NCBI GenBank assembly: GCA_963845085.1
Contig: CAWJQI010000005.1
Location: 975,433-1,039,432 of the forward strand
Source of the DNA: Candidatus Fermentibacterota bacterium
GTDB taxonomy: Bacteria; Fermentibacterota; Fermentibacteria; Fermentibacterales; JCC-6
DNA: 64,000 nucleotides
Direction: 5' to 3'
Positions 8,945 to 19,215 of this stretch are shown in pieces. The first letter of the stretch is position 1. Every line of letters starts with the position of its first letter. A model generated the notes under the pieces. That model worked only from the letters and a program-made list of their open reading frames with translations, ran no database searches and was not told the DNA's origin. Made by a program: the position numbers and the translations under genes.

Positions 8945-10829
8945 CCATCACTTCGTAGTCAGCCTCGACCTCGGGACCCGTACCGCCCGCCGCCGATTCG
9001 GCGTGGGGAGCGGAACCGGGCTGCTGGCCGGCCTGCTGGTGAAGCTTGGCACCGAACTCCTGCCACGCCTTTTCAAGCTCACGGGAGGCTGTTTCGATCC
9101 TTTTGTCATCCTCGGAGGAGAGGGCTGACTTCACGTCGTTCACCGCGTTCTCAAGCCTGTTGCGGTCGACAGGATCAATCTTGTCACCGAGCTCGGTCAT
9201 CTGGTGATCCACCTGGTAGGCGAGGTTTTCCGCGCGGTTTCTGGCCTCGACGGCTTCCTTGCGCTTCCTGTCCTCATCGGAGTGGACCTCTGCGTCCCTC
9301 ACCATCTTGTTGATCTCGTCCTCGGAGAGGCCGCTCGATGCTTCGATTCGGATCTTCTGCGCCTTCCCCGTGGCCTTGTCGGTCGCGGAGACGTTCACAA
9401 TGCCGTTTGCGTCGATGTCAAAGGCGACCTCGATCTGGGGGAGACCCCTTGGCGCAGGAGGAATCCCGTCGAGTATGAACCTGCCGAGCGTTTTGTTGTC
9501 GGTCGCCATCTTCCGCTCACCCTGGAGAACGTGGATCTCGACACTGGTCTGGCTGTCGGCCGCCGTGCTGAAAATCTGGCTCTTTCTGGTGGGGATAGTG
9601 GTGTTCCTCTCGATTATCTGGGTGGAAACGCCGCCGAGGGTTTCTATGCCCAGCGTGAGGGGGGTGACGTCGAGAAGAAGAACATCCTTCACATCGCCGG
9701 CGAGAACGCCGGCCTGGATCGCGGCGCCCACTGCGACGACCTCGTCGGGGTTGACACCCTTGTGGGGTTCCCTGCCGAAAAGCTCCTTGACCCTGGCCTG
9801 CACCATAGGCATGCGGGTCATGCCACCCACGAGTATCACCTCGCTTATCTCGACCGGCTTCACCTTTGCATCCCTCATCGCATCGAGACAGGGCTGCACG
9901 GTTCTCTCCACCAGGCCCGAGCTTAGCTGCTCGTACTTCGCCCGGCTGAGAGTCATGTTGAGGTGCTTTGGACCCGTGTTGTCAGCGGTGATGAAGGGCA
10001 GGCTGATGTCGGTGCTCTGAGTGGTGGAAAGTTCGCACTTGGCCCTCTCCGCGGCTTCCTTAAGGCGCTGGATCGCCATCTGGTCGCTGGCCAGATCGAT
10101 GCCCTGCTGTTTTTTAAACTCCTCGACCAGCCAGTTGATGATGATCTGGTCGAAGTCGTCGCCTCCGAGGTGGGTGTCGCCGTTGGTGGACTTGACCTCG
10201 AACACGCCGTCACCGATCTCGAGAATGGAAATGTCGAACGTGCCTCCGCCGAGGTCGTAGACCGCCACGGTGGTGTTGCCGTGCCCCTTTCCCAGCCCGT
10301 AGGCAAGGGCGGCGGCGGTGGGTTCGTTCACTATCCTCAAAACCTCGAGGCCGGCGATCTTGCCGGCGTCTTTTGTGGCCTGCCTCTGGCTGTCGTTGAA
10401 GTAGGCCGGAACGGTGATGACGGCCTGTTTCACCTCTTCGCCCAGGTAATCCTCGGCGGTCTGCTTCATCTTCTGAAGGATCATCGCCGATATCTCCGGC
10501 GGGGAGTACTTGCGGCCCTGGATCTCTACCCAGGCGTCGCCATTCTTGCCCTCAACGATCCTGTAGGGAACAAGTTTGGCCTCGTTGCCGGTTTCGGTGA
10601 ACTTGCGCCCCATCAGGCGCTTTATGGAAAACACCGTATTGCCGGGGTTGGCCACAGCCTGCCTTTTGGCAACGATTCCTACCAGCCTCTCGCCGTTCTC
10701 GTTGAGGGCCACCACCGAAGGCGTGGTTCTGGTACCCTCGGCGTTGGAGATCACAACGGGATCGCTGCCCTCCATTACGGCAACGCAGCTGTTGGTTGTA
10801 CCAAGGTCGATCCCTATGACCTTTGACAT
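8925..10829 (-). CDS. dnaK: Chaperone DnaK (Hsp70)
   Basis: [33 protein letters not shown]. Confidence 0.98.
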   Translation of the reverse strand: MSKVIGIDLGTTNSCVAVMEGSDPVVISNAEGTRTTPSVVALNENGERLVGIVAKRQAVANPGNTVFSIKRLMGRKFTETGNEAKLVPYRIVEGKNGDAWVEIQGRKYSPPEISAMILQKMKQTAEDYLGEEVKQAVITVPAYFNDSQRQATKDAGKIAGLEVLRIVNEPTAAALAYGLGKGHGNTTVAVYDLGGGTFDISILEIGDGVFEVKSTNGDTHLGGDDFDQIIINWLVEEFKKQQGIDLASDQMAIQRLKEAAERAKCELSTTQSTDISLPFITADNTGPKHLNMTLSRAKYEQLSSGLVERTVQPCLDAMRDAKVKPVEISEVILVGGMTRMPMVQARVKELFGREPHKGVNPDEVVAVGAAIQAGVLAGDVKDVLLLDVTPLTLGIETLGGVSTQIIERNTTIPTRKSQIFSTAADSQTSVEIHVLQGERKMATDNKTLGRFILDGIPPAPRGLPQIEVAFDIDANGIVNVSATDKATGKAQKIRIEASSGLSEDEINKMVRDAEVHSDEDRKRKEAVEARNRAENLAYQVDHQMTELGDKIDPVDRNRLENAVNDVKSALSSEDDKRIETASRELEKAWQEFGAKLHQQAGQQPGSAPHAESAAGGTGPEVEADYEVMDEHEQA

Positions 10830-10921
10830 TTTATCCTCCATTCAATGAGTATTCATCAAGCTTCCGAAGCGTTCAGGCACTGTTCTCCGAACCTGACCGC
10901 ACCAATGCTGACATTCAACAA

Positions 10922-10937
10922 AGCAACATGGTTGCCA
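10922..10937 (-). promoter_or_regulatory. Putative sigma-54 (-24/-12) promoter of dnaK-grpE-dnaJ
   Basis: Minus strand TGGCAACCATGTTGCT has GG-N10-GC spacing, close to TGGCACG-N4-TTGCW. Confidence 0.6.
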
Positions 10938-11093
10938 CTCGCCTGGATGCAACCCATATCGCTGCACTGTATCATTTTAAGCACCATCATCGGAACAGGC
11001 GGGAAACCCCCTGCTTTTTCGTGGTGTCTTTGTGGCACGCAATTAGTGGACTGAGCTATATTTTTCCGATTAGCCGGGGAAGGCGGTTCAACT

Positions 11094-13952
11094 TTGCCTG
11101 AACACTCCATCAAGGTCAGGGGAGCAAGGGTTCACAACCTGAACAACGTCTCCGTCGACATCCCGCGCAACCGCCTCGTAGTCCTCAGCGGCGTATCTGG
11201 TTCGGGCAAAAGCTCGTTCGCTTTCGACACACTCTACGCCGAGGGGCAGAGACGGTACATCGAGTCGCTTTCGGCGTACGCCCGGCAGTTCCTCGGCCAG
11301 ATGGACAAACCCGATTACGATTCCATCGAAGGCCTTTCACCGGCCATTGCCATCGAACAGAAAACGGTGAGCCACAACCCCCGGTCGACTGTGGGCACTG
11401 TCACCGAGATCGCCGACTACCTCAGGGTGCTCTTCGCCAGGGTGGGAGAACCCCACTGCCCCTCCTGCGGAAGACCCGTCTCATCCCAGACCGTGCAGCA
11501 GATGACTGACACAATTCTCAGGATGCCTGCCGGGCAGCGGATACTGATCGCCGCACCTGTCCTTCTAAACAGAAAGGGCGCAAGGGCGGACCTCATAACC
11601 GACATCAGGCGCAAGGGCTTCGTCAGGGTGATCCTCGACGGTGTCGTGACGTCCGTCGAAGAGCTGAAGCAGCTCGACCCTAAAAAGCGCCACTCCCTTC
11701 ACATCGTGGTGGACAGGCTGCAGACAGGTCCGGGCATCGAGAGCCGCCTTTCCGACTCTGTCGAGACAGCGGTCAAGGAGGGCGAGGGCATCCTTGCCGT
11801 CATCATCTCCGATACGGGCGAAGAGATCCTGATGAGCGAGAAGAGCGCCTGCGTGCATTGCGGGATCAGCATGCCCGAGCTCACACCCCAGCTTTTCAGC
11901 TTCAACAATCCGGTCGGAATGTGCAGGAGCTGTTCGGGGCTCGGGTACCAGATCAGGGTCGACCCCGATCTCGTTGTGCCGCGGCCGGCACTCTCAATCA
12001 AGGATGGCGCGATAGCCCCCTGGGGCATCCCGCACGGCTGGGTGTCGGCTGCGCTGAAAAGCCTGGCCCGCGATTTCGGTTTCAACCCCGGAACCCCCTG
12101 GAAACGCCTTCCCCAGGAGGCGCGCGACCTCATCCTCCACGGCTCGGGCGACAAGCCGGTCAGGTTCGACTGGCAGGGCACATCCAGCCAGGGAAGCTGG
12201 ACCGGCCCCTTCGAGGGAGTGATACCCAGGCTTGAAAGGCTTCAGAGAAGCACGAGCAGCGAAGGCATGAGGGAGCAGTACGAGAAGTACTTCCGGCGGT
12301 ACACCTGTGAAGACTGCGGAGGCACGAGGCTGCGACCCGAATCCAGGGCGGTGCTGTTCTGCGGGATCTCGATGGCGCAGCTCTCCTCGATGACGGTTGG
12401 CGAGGCCGACGCCTTCTTCAGCAGCCTTACACTCGACGACAACAGGGCCCTCATCGCCTCTGGCCTTCTCAAGGAGATCTCCGCAAGGCTCGGTTTCCTG
12501 CGGGATGTCGGCCTTCACTACCTGGCGCTTGACAGGCCCGCACCCACACTGGCCGGGGGCGAAGCCCAGAGGATAAGGCTCGCAAGCCAGATAGGCAGCG
12601 GGCTGACCGGGGTGCTCTACGTACTGGACGAACCAACGGTGGGGCTTCACCCGCGGGACACGGCAAGACTTGTGTCCACCCTCGAGCACCTGCGCGATCT
12701 CGACAACACGGTGCTGGTCGTCGAGCACGACCCCGAAACGCTTCTCAAGGCCGATCACATACTCGATTTCGGTCCCGGCGCGGGAACAAGCGGCGGAAAT
12801 CTCATCGCCCAGGGCACCCCGCAGGAGATCATGGACAACCCCGACTCGCTCACGGGAGACTACCTGTCCGGCCGCAGGACCATCGTCAGGCTGGCCTCAC
12901 CCAGAAAACAGTCCCACGGCACGCTGAAGATCAGGGGCGCCTCCCTTCACAACCTGAAGGCAGTCGATCTTTCGATACCCCTGGGCAAGATGGTGTGCAT
13001 CACGGGTGTTTCGGGATCGGGCAAGAGCAGCCTGATCACCCAGACCCTCTACCCCGCCGTGGCCTCGGTACTCGGAACGGGTCCGGTCTCTCTCAGACCC
13101 GGTCCGTTCAGGGAAATGACAGGCATCGAAAAGGTGGACAAGGTCATCTGCATCTCCCAGGACCCCATCGGCAGAACACCCAGATCGAACCCCGCCACAT
13201 ACACCAAAACCTTCGACTCGATCCGCAACCTCTTCGCCGAGCTTCCGGAATCGAAGGTCCGGGGATACAAGCCGGGACGCTTCAGTTTCAACGTGAAGGG
13301 CGGACGATGCGAGGACTGCGGCGGCGCCGGCGTGAAACGCATCGAGATGCACTTCCTGCCCGACGTTTACGTCGAATGCGACACCTGCCACGGGCTGCGG
13401 TTCAACAGGGAGACACTCAGGGTGAAGTTCAGGGACTACAGCATCTCCGACATACTGAACCTCACGGTTGACGACGCAATGACCCTCTTCGAGCGCATCC
13501 CCCAGGTGTATTCAACAATAAAGGTCCTCTCCGATGTCGGTCTCGGTTACATCAGGCTGGGGCAGCCCGCCACCACCCTTTCCGGCGGCGAGGCCCAGAG
13601 GGTGAAGCTTGCCCGGGAACTGGCCCGCCCCTCGACCACCCATACCCTCTACATACTTGACGAGCCGACCACCGGGCTCCACCCCCACGATGTCAACAGG
13701 CTGCTGATAGTTCTTGATCGTCTTGTGAACGCCGGCAACACTGTCATCGTGATCGAGCACAACCTCGATGTGGTGCGGAACGCCGACTGGATAGTCGACC
13801 TTGGCCCCGAAGGCGGTCAGGGTGGGGGACGCATCATAGCCTCGGGCACACCGGAGGAGATAGCGGCCCATCCCGATTCCCCGACCGGAAGCTACCTGTC
13901 CGAGGTCATTGCCAGACAGGGTGAATCAAACCGGCCGGCCCTGCAGTCGTAG
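11094..13952 (+). CDS. uvrA: Excinuclease ABC subunit A
   Basis: Two GVSGSGKSS Walker A motifs, zinc fingers, LSGGEAQR. Confidence 0.97.
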   Translation: MPEHSIKVRGARVHNLNNVSVDIPRNRLVVLSGVSGSGKSSFAFDTLYAEGQRRYIESLSAYARQFLGQMDKPDYDSIEGLSPAIAIEQKTVSHNPRSTVGTVTEIADYLRVLFARVGEPHCPSCGRPVSSQTVQQMTDTILRMPAGQRILIAAPVLLNRKGARADLITDIRRKGFVRVILDGVVTSVEELKQLDPKKRHSLHIVVDRLQTGPGIESRLSDSVETAVKEGEGILAVIISDTGEEILMSEKSACVHCGISMPELTPQLFSFNNPVGMCRSCSGLGYQIRVDPDLVVPRPALSIKDGAIAPWGIPHGWVSAALKSLARDFGFNPGTPWKRLPQEARDLILHGSGDKPVRFDWQGTSSQGSWTGPFEGVIPRLERLQRSTSSEGMREQYEKYFRRYTCEDCGGTRLRPESRAVLFCGISMAQLSSMTVGEADAFFSSLTLDDNRALIASGLLKEISARLGFLRDVGLHYLALDRPAPTLAGGEAQRIRLASQIGSGLTGVLYVLDEPTVGLHPRDTARLVSTLEHLRDLDNTVLVVEHDPETLLKADHILDFGPGAGTSGGNLIAQGTPQEIMDNPDSLTGDYLSGRRTIVRLASPRKQSHGTLKIRGASLHNLKAVDLSIPLGKMVCITGVSGSGKSSLITQTLYPAVASVLGTGPVSLRPGPFREMTGIEKVDKVICISQDPIGRTPRSNPATYTKTFDSIRNLFAELPESKVRGYKPGRFSFNVKGGRCEDCGGAGVKRIEMHFLPDVYVECDTCHGLRFNRETLRVKFRDYSISDILNLTVDDAMTLFERIPQVYSTIKVLSDVGLGYIRLGQPATTLSGGEAQRVKLARELARPSTTHTLYILDEPTTGLHPHDVNRLLIVLDRLVNAGNTVIVIEHNLDVVRNADWIVDLGPEGGQGGGRIIASGTPEEIAAHPDSPTGSYLSEVIARQGESNRPALQS

Positions 13953-14006
13953 ACCGGGCAGCACGGAGGGGTGCGGATCACCGCCTTCCAGCCCGAAAAC
14001 CCTGGT

Positions 14007-15752
14007 TCAGAGCAGCATGATCGAAGCGGTGGCACTCGCTCCACCCAGGGTGACCCTCGCAAGGTAGAGCCCTGCCGAAGCCCTGCCACGGTCATCGCGA
14101 CAGCCGTCCCACACCATGACCGCTCCCGGGCCGTCTTCGGCCTCAAGCCGTCTTACAAGCCTTCCGTGGAGGTCGAAGATCTCGACAACGGGCCTTCCAG
14201 CACCGGGCATCATGTCGATCCGGAGCTCGACATTCGAAACGAACGGGTTGGGCGATGCGGACAATCCAAGCGCCATCGGTTCAACGCCCTGGCCGGGTTC
14301 AACGCCCTCTGCAGCCTGGGCGCCGAAGTAATAGCCCGCCGCGCCGGTGCTCGAGGCGCTTCCGACAACCAGTATCACCTTGTCGTCGGGATCGTTGAGC
14401 CCTGTGACAAGCAGCGTCCCTGCCTGCGTCGAGGGATCCAGTGTCATCCTGTTCACCGCGGTGGTTCCGTTGCCGAACAGTGTGAGCCCCCAGACTGCGA
14501 ATGAGTTGTCATCCGCGCCGTCGAAGGAGAGAGAGATGGCGCCCAGTGAGTCGAGTGCCTGGAAGCGGTAGTAATCGGCCGCCCAGTGGTTGACAGTCTT
14601 GTAAACGTCGGTGACCGGGTATGTCGAGTAGGTGCCGCCAAGAGCGAAGGCAGGCAGCTCGTCGCCCAGGTAGCCGTACCTGCCGTCACCGATGGTCGTG
14701 TCGTCAAGGTAGTTCGCCACCGTCCAGTCGGCGAACACATCGGCAAAGTCCTCGACGAAGCCGAGGTCGTCGAGCACGTTCTCATAGCCCGCAATGGAGT
14801 TGGCCGGCTCGTGCACGACGTCGTACAGGGATGAAAGCCCGCCGTACCGCTCATAGAAGTACAGCGACCAGAGGTACGTCTTGATGTAGTCGGCCCATGT
14901 CGCGTCCCATGTGATAAGCGAGTTGTCGGGGTTTGCGTTGAAGGCCGAGATGTTGTCGGGCGCCCCGTAGATCCACATGCCCATTTCGGCAAGACCCTCG
15001 TTCACCCAGGAGTCTTCATTGTCATCGTACTTCCAGTGGATCATGTGCTCGAACTCGTGGGCCGCGACGGCAAGCATGTAGTCGCCGCTCGGTCCTCCGG
15101 AGCTGTACGGGTTGAGGTAGAGCGATTCGCATTCGTTGCTGTGATACTGGGGGTAGGCGCCTTCCGGAAACTCGTCGAACCAGAAAAAGAACCCGTCCGA
15201 CGAGATCCCGAAATCGAACCATACCAGGTATATCCGTGGATCATTGTCGAGTTCGTCCGGGGGCGAGCCGAATGCAAGGGTGTCATTCTCGAAGATGCCC
15301 CGGTCGGGCCAGGGGCCGATCGAGCTGTTCTCCCACCTTTCAATGATCATGTCCACATCGGCCTGGTCGACCGATACAAGCCATTCCTCGTCGCGGACCA
15401 CAACGTATGCATGATCGCTCATGCCCCTCACCGTGCAGACGGCCTGCTCGAAGTGAGGCGGCATGGGGTCGTGAACCCACAGCCACCAGATCCATGAATC
15501 GCCGACCTGCGGGTCGGGCGGCGGGGTTGATGGAAGCCAGGTGACAGGGCTCTCAACATCCCGTCCGATTGCGCCGGGGACAGGCATGACGATGTCGTGG
15601 GAAACCTCGGGCGCCGGAATGTGGAGGGGCGTGCTGTCATCGGCAACACCTTCAGAGGGAAAAGTGCAGATCAGGAAGGCAGCGACGATCACCGCGCCGA
15701 CGCCGATCGGGCCAAAGCTGCGATGTGTGGGATCCATGCAGTTCAAAAGCAT
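14007..15752 (-). CDS. Secreted zinc metallopeptidase (M30/M6-like) with C-terminal FlgD-Ig-like domain
   Basis: HEFEH followed by WVNEGLAE; C-terminal SPNPF...IFDLHGRLVRRL...WDG...GLY; GGAGG RBS before ATG 15752. Confidence 0.8.
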   Translation of the reverse strand: MLLNCMDPTHRSFGPIGVGAVIVAAFLICTFPSEGVADDSTPLHIPAPEVSHDIVMPVPGAIGRDVESPVTWLPSTPPPDPQVGDSWIWWLWVHDPMPPHFEQAVCTVRGMSDHAYVVVRDEEWLVSVDQADVDMIIERWENSSIGPWPDRGIFENDTLAFGSPPDELDNDPRIYLVWFDFGISSDGFFFWFDEFPEGAYPQYHSNECESLYLNPYSSGGPSGDYMLAVAAHEFEHMIHWKYDDNEDSWVNEGLAEMGMWIYGAPDNISAFNANPDNSLITWDATWADYIKTYLWSLYFYERYGGLSSLYDVVHEPANSIAGYENVLDDLGFVEDFADVFADWTVANYLDDTTIGDGRYGYLGDELPAFALGGTYSTYPVTDVYKTVNHWAADYYRFQALDSLGAISLSFDGADDNSFAVWGLTLFGNGTTAVNRMTLDPSTQAGTLLVTGLNDPDDKVILVVGSASSTGAAGYYFGAQAAEGVEPGQGVEPMALGLSASPNPFVSNVELRIDMMPGAGRPVVEIFDLHGRLVRRLEAEDGPGAVMVWDGCRDDRGRASAGLYLARVTLGGASATASIMLL

Positions 15753-16034
15753 GTCAACCTCCAATTCCGGTAGTATTAGCGAATACAGGAAAACCCCGAT
15801 ATGCCCAAAGCATTGCGTCTGATATGAAGCATAACCTCTACAGTACGTCCCGGCAATGAGATACGCAGCAGAAACTCTGCGGGCAGGAACAGCTTTCCCC
15901 CGACCGGGGAAGCTCCATCCCGTACTGCCGGCAGGTTGATGGCCGCTTGGTTGATAAGTCTGAAACTGTATCACATGTTCTGAAGTATTCGAACTGCAGG
16001 CCGGCCTCCTTCAAAAATGAAATGCAGGAGCAAA

Positions 16035-16397
16035 ATGCCAAAAAGAAATGCTGCTATTTGGATCATGCTTTTTCTGGCGACCAGCTGTGGAAATTCGCCC
16101 AGCGATCCGGAAGGCTCCGGCCAGACCCCCCAGCTTATTGGCCCGGAAGACGGTTCAGAGGTCGCCGGCCCCCAGGTTGAATTCACATGGGATGCGGTTA
16201 CCGGGGCGACACGGTACTACCACCAGGTTTCATCCAGTGCCTCCATGCAGAATCCGAAGGAAACGGTGGTTACTAACCCCCACATAGTGGTCAGTCCGGG
16301 AGCACCAGGAACATGGTGGTGGCGTGTTCGAGCCTCTGTATCAGGTCAGTCCACCTACACTCCATGGTCGTCAATCTGGTCGTTCAATCTCAACTGA
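16035..16397 (+). CDS. Small lipoprotein with an FN3-like domain
   Basis: Lipobox-like LATSC; FTWDAVTGATRY...WWWRVRA...WS. Confidence 0.7.
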   Translation: MPKRNAAIWIMLFLATSCGNSPSDPEGSGQTPQLIGPEDGSEVAGPQVEFTWDAVTGATRYYHQVSSSASMQNPKETVVTNPHIVVSPGAPGTWWWRVRASVSGQSTYTPWSSIWSFNLN

Positions 16398-16493
16398 TCG
16401 GAAAGTTTTTAGATCGGAATAACTTCATTCATGAATATTGGCATTGCTGTGTCCGGGTGATCCGTCTCTATCGGCCGAACTGAGCCGAAGGTG

Positions 16494-16739
16494 CTACACG
16501 TAAATATCCGGCAGCAGGGTGAGGTTCTTCGGCACACCCCTCGGGGCGAGAACGGACGCGGATCGGGGATCAGCGTTGCAGCGTAACCGAGCCGGCTCAT
16601 GGCCAGGGATGAAGCAACGATGACGAGCCCCCGCCTCGTTCCCGCGGCAGGATCGGGGTGTGGTGCCTGATGGAATCTGCATAGAACCTGGTTGCACGGC
16701 CCGAGAGGATGTCTTCGGAAAAGGTTGCCGACCGGGCGC
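16494..16739 (-). pseudogene. Degenerate second copy of the 3' end of the rmlD-like gene
   Basis: 16507-16739 aligns with 18483-18744, with a 1-bp and a 28-bp deletion; ends LLPDIYV*. Confidence 0.85.
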
Positions 16740-18744
16740 TCAAGGGTTTACCCGTTGCAGGAGCCGGTAACCGTTCACCCCGTACCCGGGGAACTCCCTA
16801 TAAATGCCGATGCTTTCAGCCTCGGTGACAACCTCTTCAAAGACCCACAACGGATCGTGAACGAGGATGAAGTCCGGGTTGTTGCGGTACAGCCAGCTGA
16901 CTACATCCTTTCTGGCTATCGCTTCTGCGTTGCCTTCAGTGACCAGGCCGAGGATGTCGATGATCTCCCGGTCGGCACAGTACCATCCGATGGCGCCTAT
17001 CTCGACTGTGGCCACCGAAGCCCCGGCAGGGCAGTGCTCCTCGATGAAAACAGCGGTCGTGTGATACCTCTCGTCCGGGTCAAAAGCGGATGTGGCACGA
17101 TAGGCCAGCAAAGCGGTGGAAACAGTGAAAAGGGCAGCCAGGGCAATCGAGAGAACTCCTGCGGTTATCCGCCGGAAAGGGTTGCTTATGGAAAGGCTCC
17201 TGTGGATGATTTCAGCCAGGGCAATTCCAGCATAACCCAGCCCGAAAAGGTAGAAGGGCGCATAATACCAATGGTAGTTCGGGGAGTTGAGGAGTGTGAA
17301 CAACCCTCCGTAGAGGAAAAGCCAGGTGATGATGACACGGTTCAGGCGTCTGCCGCGCACCAGAAAGGCACCGGTGAGGGCAAGAAGGACCATTGGAATG
17401 CACAGCCAGACATGATTGCCCCAGAAGGGCCCCTTTTGCCAGCGAACATCGATGAAAGACAGAGGCCAGGCTCCCCAGTAGCCTGAAAAGCCCTGCCCCA
17501 CTTTGGCTATGGCGGTAAACAGGGATGAGTTTACGTAATAGATGCGATGAAACACCGAGACCGCCACAAGCGGAGCCAGAATGGGAACAAGCAGAACAGC
17601 TTTGCTCCTGATCCAGCGCCAGCCCTTCTGCCGGAAAAGCTCCAGCAAAACGGCAACGAGAAACAGACCCGTATCTATCCGCGTTATCAGGAGAAAGCCG
17701 AGAACATACGACAGGGCTTTGTAAGACTCATGCATGTAAAGGATCAGTGCGATAACCGTAAGCAGCATCACCAGAGTGGTTTCCATACCGAAGCAGTGGT
17801 AGAAGAATGGAGAGCTGATGACAAGCGCCAGGGCTAAGAACCCTGCAAGCCTGCGTCCTGTCAATCCGGCAACCAGGTATTGCAGCCCCAGGGATGCTCC
17901 AAGCAGAAAGATACCGCTTAACAGGTTCAAGGCCGGGATTATCCTCCCGGTAACGCTGGCAACCAGCAGGGATAAATAGGTGAAAAGGGGAGAGGTGAGA
18001 CCCAGCCACCTGTGACCGAGATTGTACGTCATCTCACCGTGCTGGATGAAATTACGCAGATAGCGTGCGTAGATCAGGGCATCGTCCAGTTCGAACTTCA
18101 GGGCTCCATAAACCAACAATCCCCATAACGGAAGAACGCAGAGTACACCAATCAGAGCGTCCTTCATGGGGGATTTAACCCGGGGTTCGGGGTCACCAGG
18201 TTCTGATCCGACCGCTGATTTCAGGAACGTGTACGAACGCATACGTCCTACCACCTTCATTATAAACCTGGAAAGCGTAATACAAAACAACCTGCAACTA
18301 AATGATTGATAACATATCCCGCTCGACCAGCCGGCGGTAGTAGTCAAGCTCCCCCTGTGACGGGTCAAAGAGCCAAATCTGTTTGAGGGTTGCTTGTCGG
18401 GTGGAATCGATGGCAGGATGGGTCCTCGCAACAGCCATTCTAATTGGGCATTGAAGAAACCGGGCCGGTCTGAATCTCGATGTCCGGCAGCAGGGTGAGG
18501 TTCTTCGGCACACCCCTCGGGGCCAGAACGGACGCGGGATCGGGGATCAGCGTTGCAGCGTAACCGAGCCGGCTCATGGCCAGGGATGAAGCAACGATGA
18601 CGAGCCCCCGCCTCGTTCCCGCGGCAAGATCGTGGATCACCCCGGCCAGCGGCAGGATCGGGGTGTGATGCCTTATGGAATCGGCATAGAACCTGGTTGC
18701 ACGGCCCGAGAGGATGTCTTCGGAAAAGGTTGCCTGCCGGGCGC
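16507..18744. repeat. Imperfect direct repeat pair (16507-16739 and 18483-18744) flanking a GT-C-like gene
   Basis: Visual alignment; near-identical over about 230 bp. Confidence 0.92.
16740..18260 (-). CDS. Polytopic membrane glycosyltransferase, GT-C fold-like (start uncertain: 18260, 18242 or 18167)
   Basis: DDALIYARY..N....G..TYN.G...G.TSPL motif, many TM segments, C-terminal EIGAIGWY...IIDILGL. Confidence 0.75.
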   Translation of the reverse strand: MKVVGRMRSYTFLKSAVGSEPGDPEPRVKSPMKDALIGVLCVLPLWGLLVYGALKFELDDALIYARYLRNFIQHGEMTYNLGHRWLGLTSPLFTYLSLLVASVTGRIIPALNLLSGIFLLGASLGLQYLVAGLTGRRLAGFLALALVISSPFFYHCFGMETTLVMLLTVIALILYMHESYKALSYVLGFLLITRIDTGLFLVAVLLELFRQKGWRWIRSKAVLLVPILAPLVAVSVFHRIYYVNSSLFTAIAKVGQGFSGYWGAWPLSFIDVRWQKGPFWGNHVWLCIPMVLLALTGAFLVRGRRLNRVIITWLFLYGGLFTLLNSPNYHWYYAPFYLFGLGYAGIALAEIIHRSLSISNPFRRITAGVLSIALAALFTVSTALLAYRATSAFDPDERYHTTAVFIEEHCPAGASVATVEIGAIGWYCADREIIDILGLVTEGNAEAIARKDVVSWLYRNNPDFILVHDPLWVFEEVVTEAESIGIYREFPGYGVNGYRLLQRVNP

Positions 18745-19213
18745 CCACATCGCCAACGAGTACGGATGTTCTTACAAGAAGGGCGTCGGGGTTGTGCCTC
18801 GTCACCGCGATGTCGCCAAGAAGTTTCGTCCAGCCGTAGAGAGACATTGGAACGGCCGGTGAGCGGCTGCTGTAGGGAGGTATCCCGCCCGACCAGACAA
18901 GGTCGGTTGACATGTGAACCATCCTGATGCGGTGCTCCCTGCAGTATATCGCGAGTCTCCCGGGCCAGACGCTGTTGAGCAGGAAGGCCGTCACCGGGTC
19001 CGAAAGGCACCCCCCGGTCGAGCTTGCTGCAGCGCAGTTCAGCACCGTGTCGGTGCCTTCCGGGAGCAGGGATCCCGGTGGTGCGGTCGCAAGGTCTGCT
19101 TGTTTTGTTCCCGCGTCGCCGCTCCGGCTCAGACAGACAAGGCTGCCGCCCTGCGATGTTTGTCGCAGGGCGGTGCCAAGCCTGCCCGTTGCGCCGAAGA
19201 GGACAGTTGTCAC
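18440..19213 (-). CDS. RmlD-like NAD(P)-dependent sugar-nucleotide reductase
   Basis: GATGRLG, LNCAA, STDLVWSG, YGWTK. Confidence 0.8.
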   Translation of the reverse strand: MTTVLFGATGRLGTALRQTSQGGSLVCLSRSGDAGTKQADLATAPPGSLLPEGTDTVLNCAAASSTGGCLSDPVTAFLLNSVWPGRLAIYCREHRIRMVHMSTDLVWSGGIPPYSSRSPAVPMSLYGWTKLLGDIAVTRHNPDALLVRTSVLVGDVGARQATFSEDILSGRATRFYADSIRHHTPILPLAGVIHDLAAGTRRGLVIVASSLAMSRLGYAATLIPDPASVLAPRGVPKNLTLLPDIEIQTGPVSSMPN

Positions 19214-19215
19214 CC

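Noticed and set aside
10932..10952. CIRCE element upstream of dnaK
   Set aside because: Only a TTGCCACTC half-site resemblance; no matching second arm at 9-bp spacing.
11033..11048. Sigma-54 promoter for uvrA (TGGCACGCAATTAGT)
   Set aside because: The -12 position reads GT instead of the conserved GC.
15780..15975. Structured RNA or N-terminal extension upstream of the peptidase
   Set aside because: Two small hairpins match no motif I recognise, and the RBS supports a start at 15752.
18340..18380. IS200/IS605 end or omega-RNA-like start (GTCAAGCTCCCC)
   Set aside because: The resemblance is short, with no supporting structure and no tnpA, tnpB or iscB nearby.
16507..18744. Diversity-generating retroelement TR/VR pair
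   Set aside because: Differences are not adenine-specific, are mostly synonymous and include deletions; no reverse transcriptase is in the window.
18261..19010. N-terminal 250 residues of the 756-aa ORF as a fusion protein
   Set aside because: This part is an alternative frame over the rmlD-like gene and spacer; the membrane protein starts at or after 18260.
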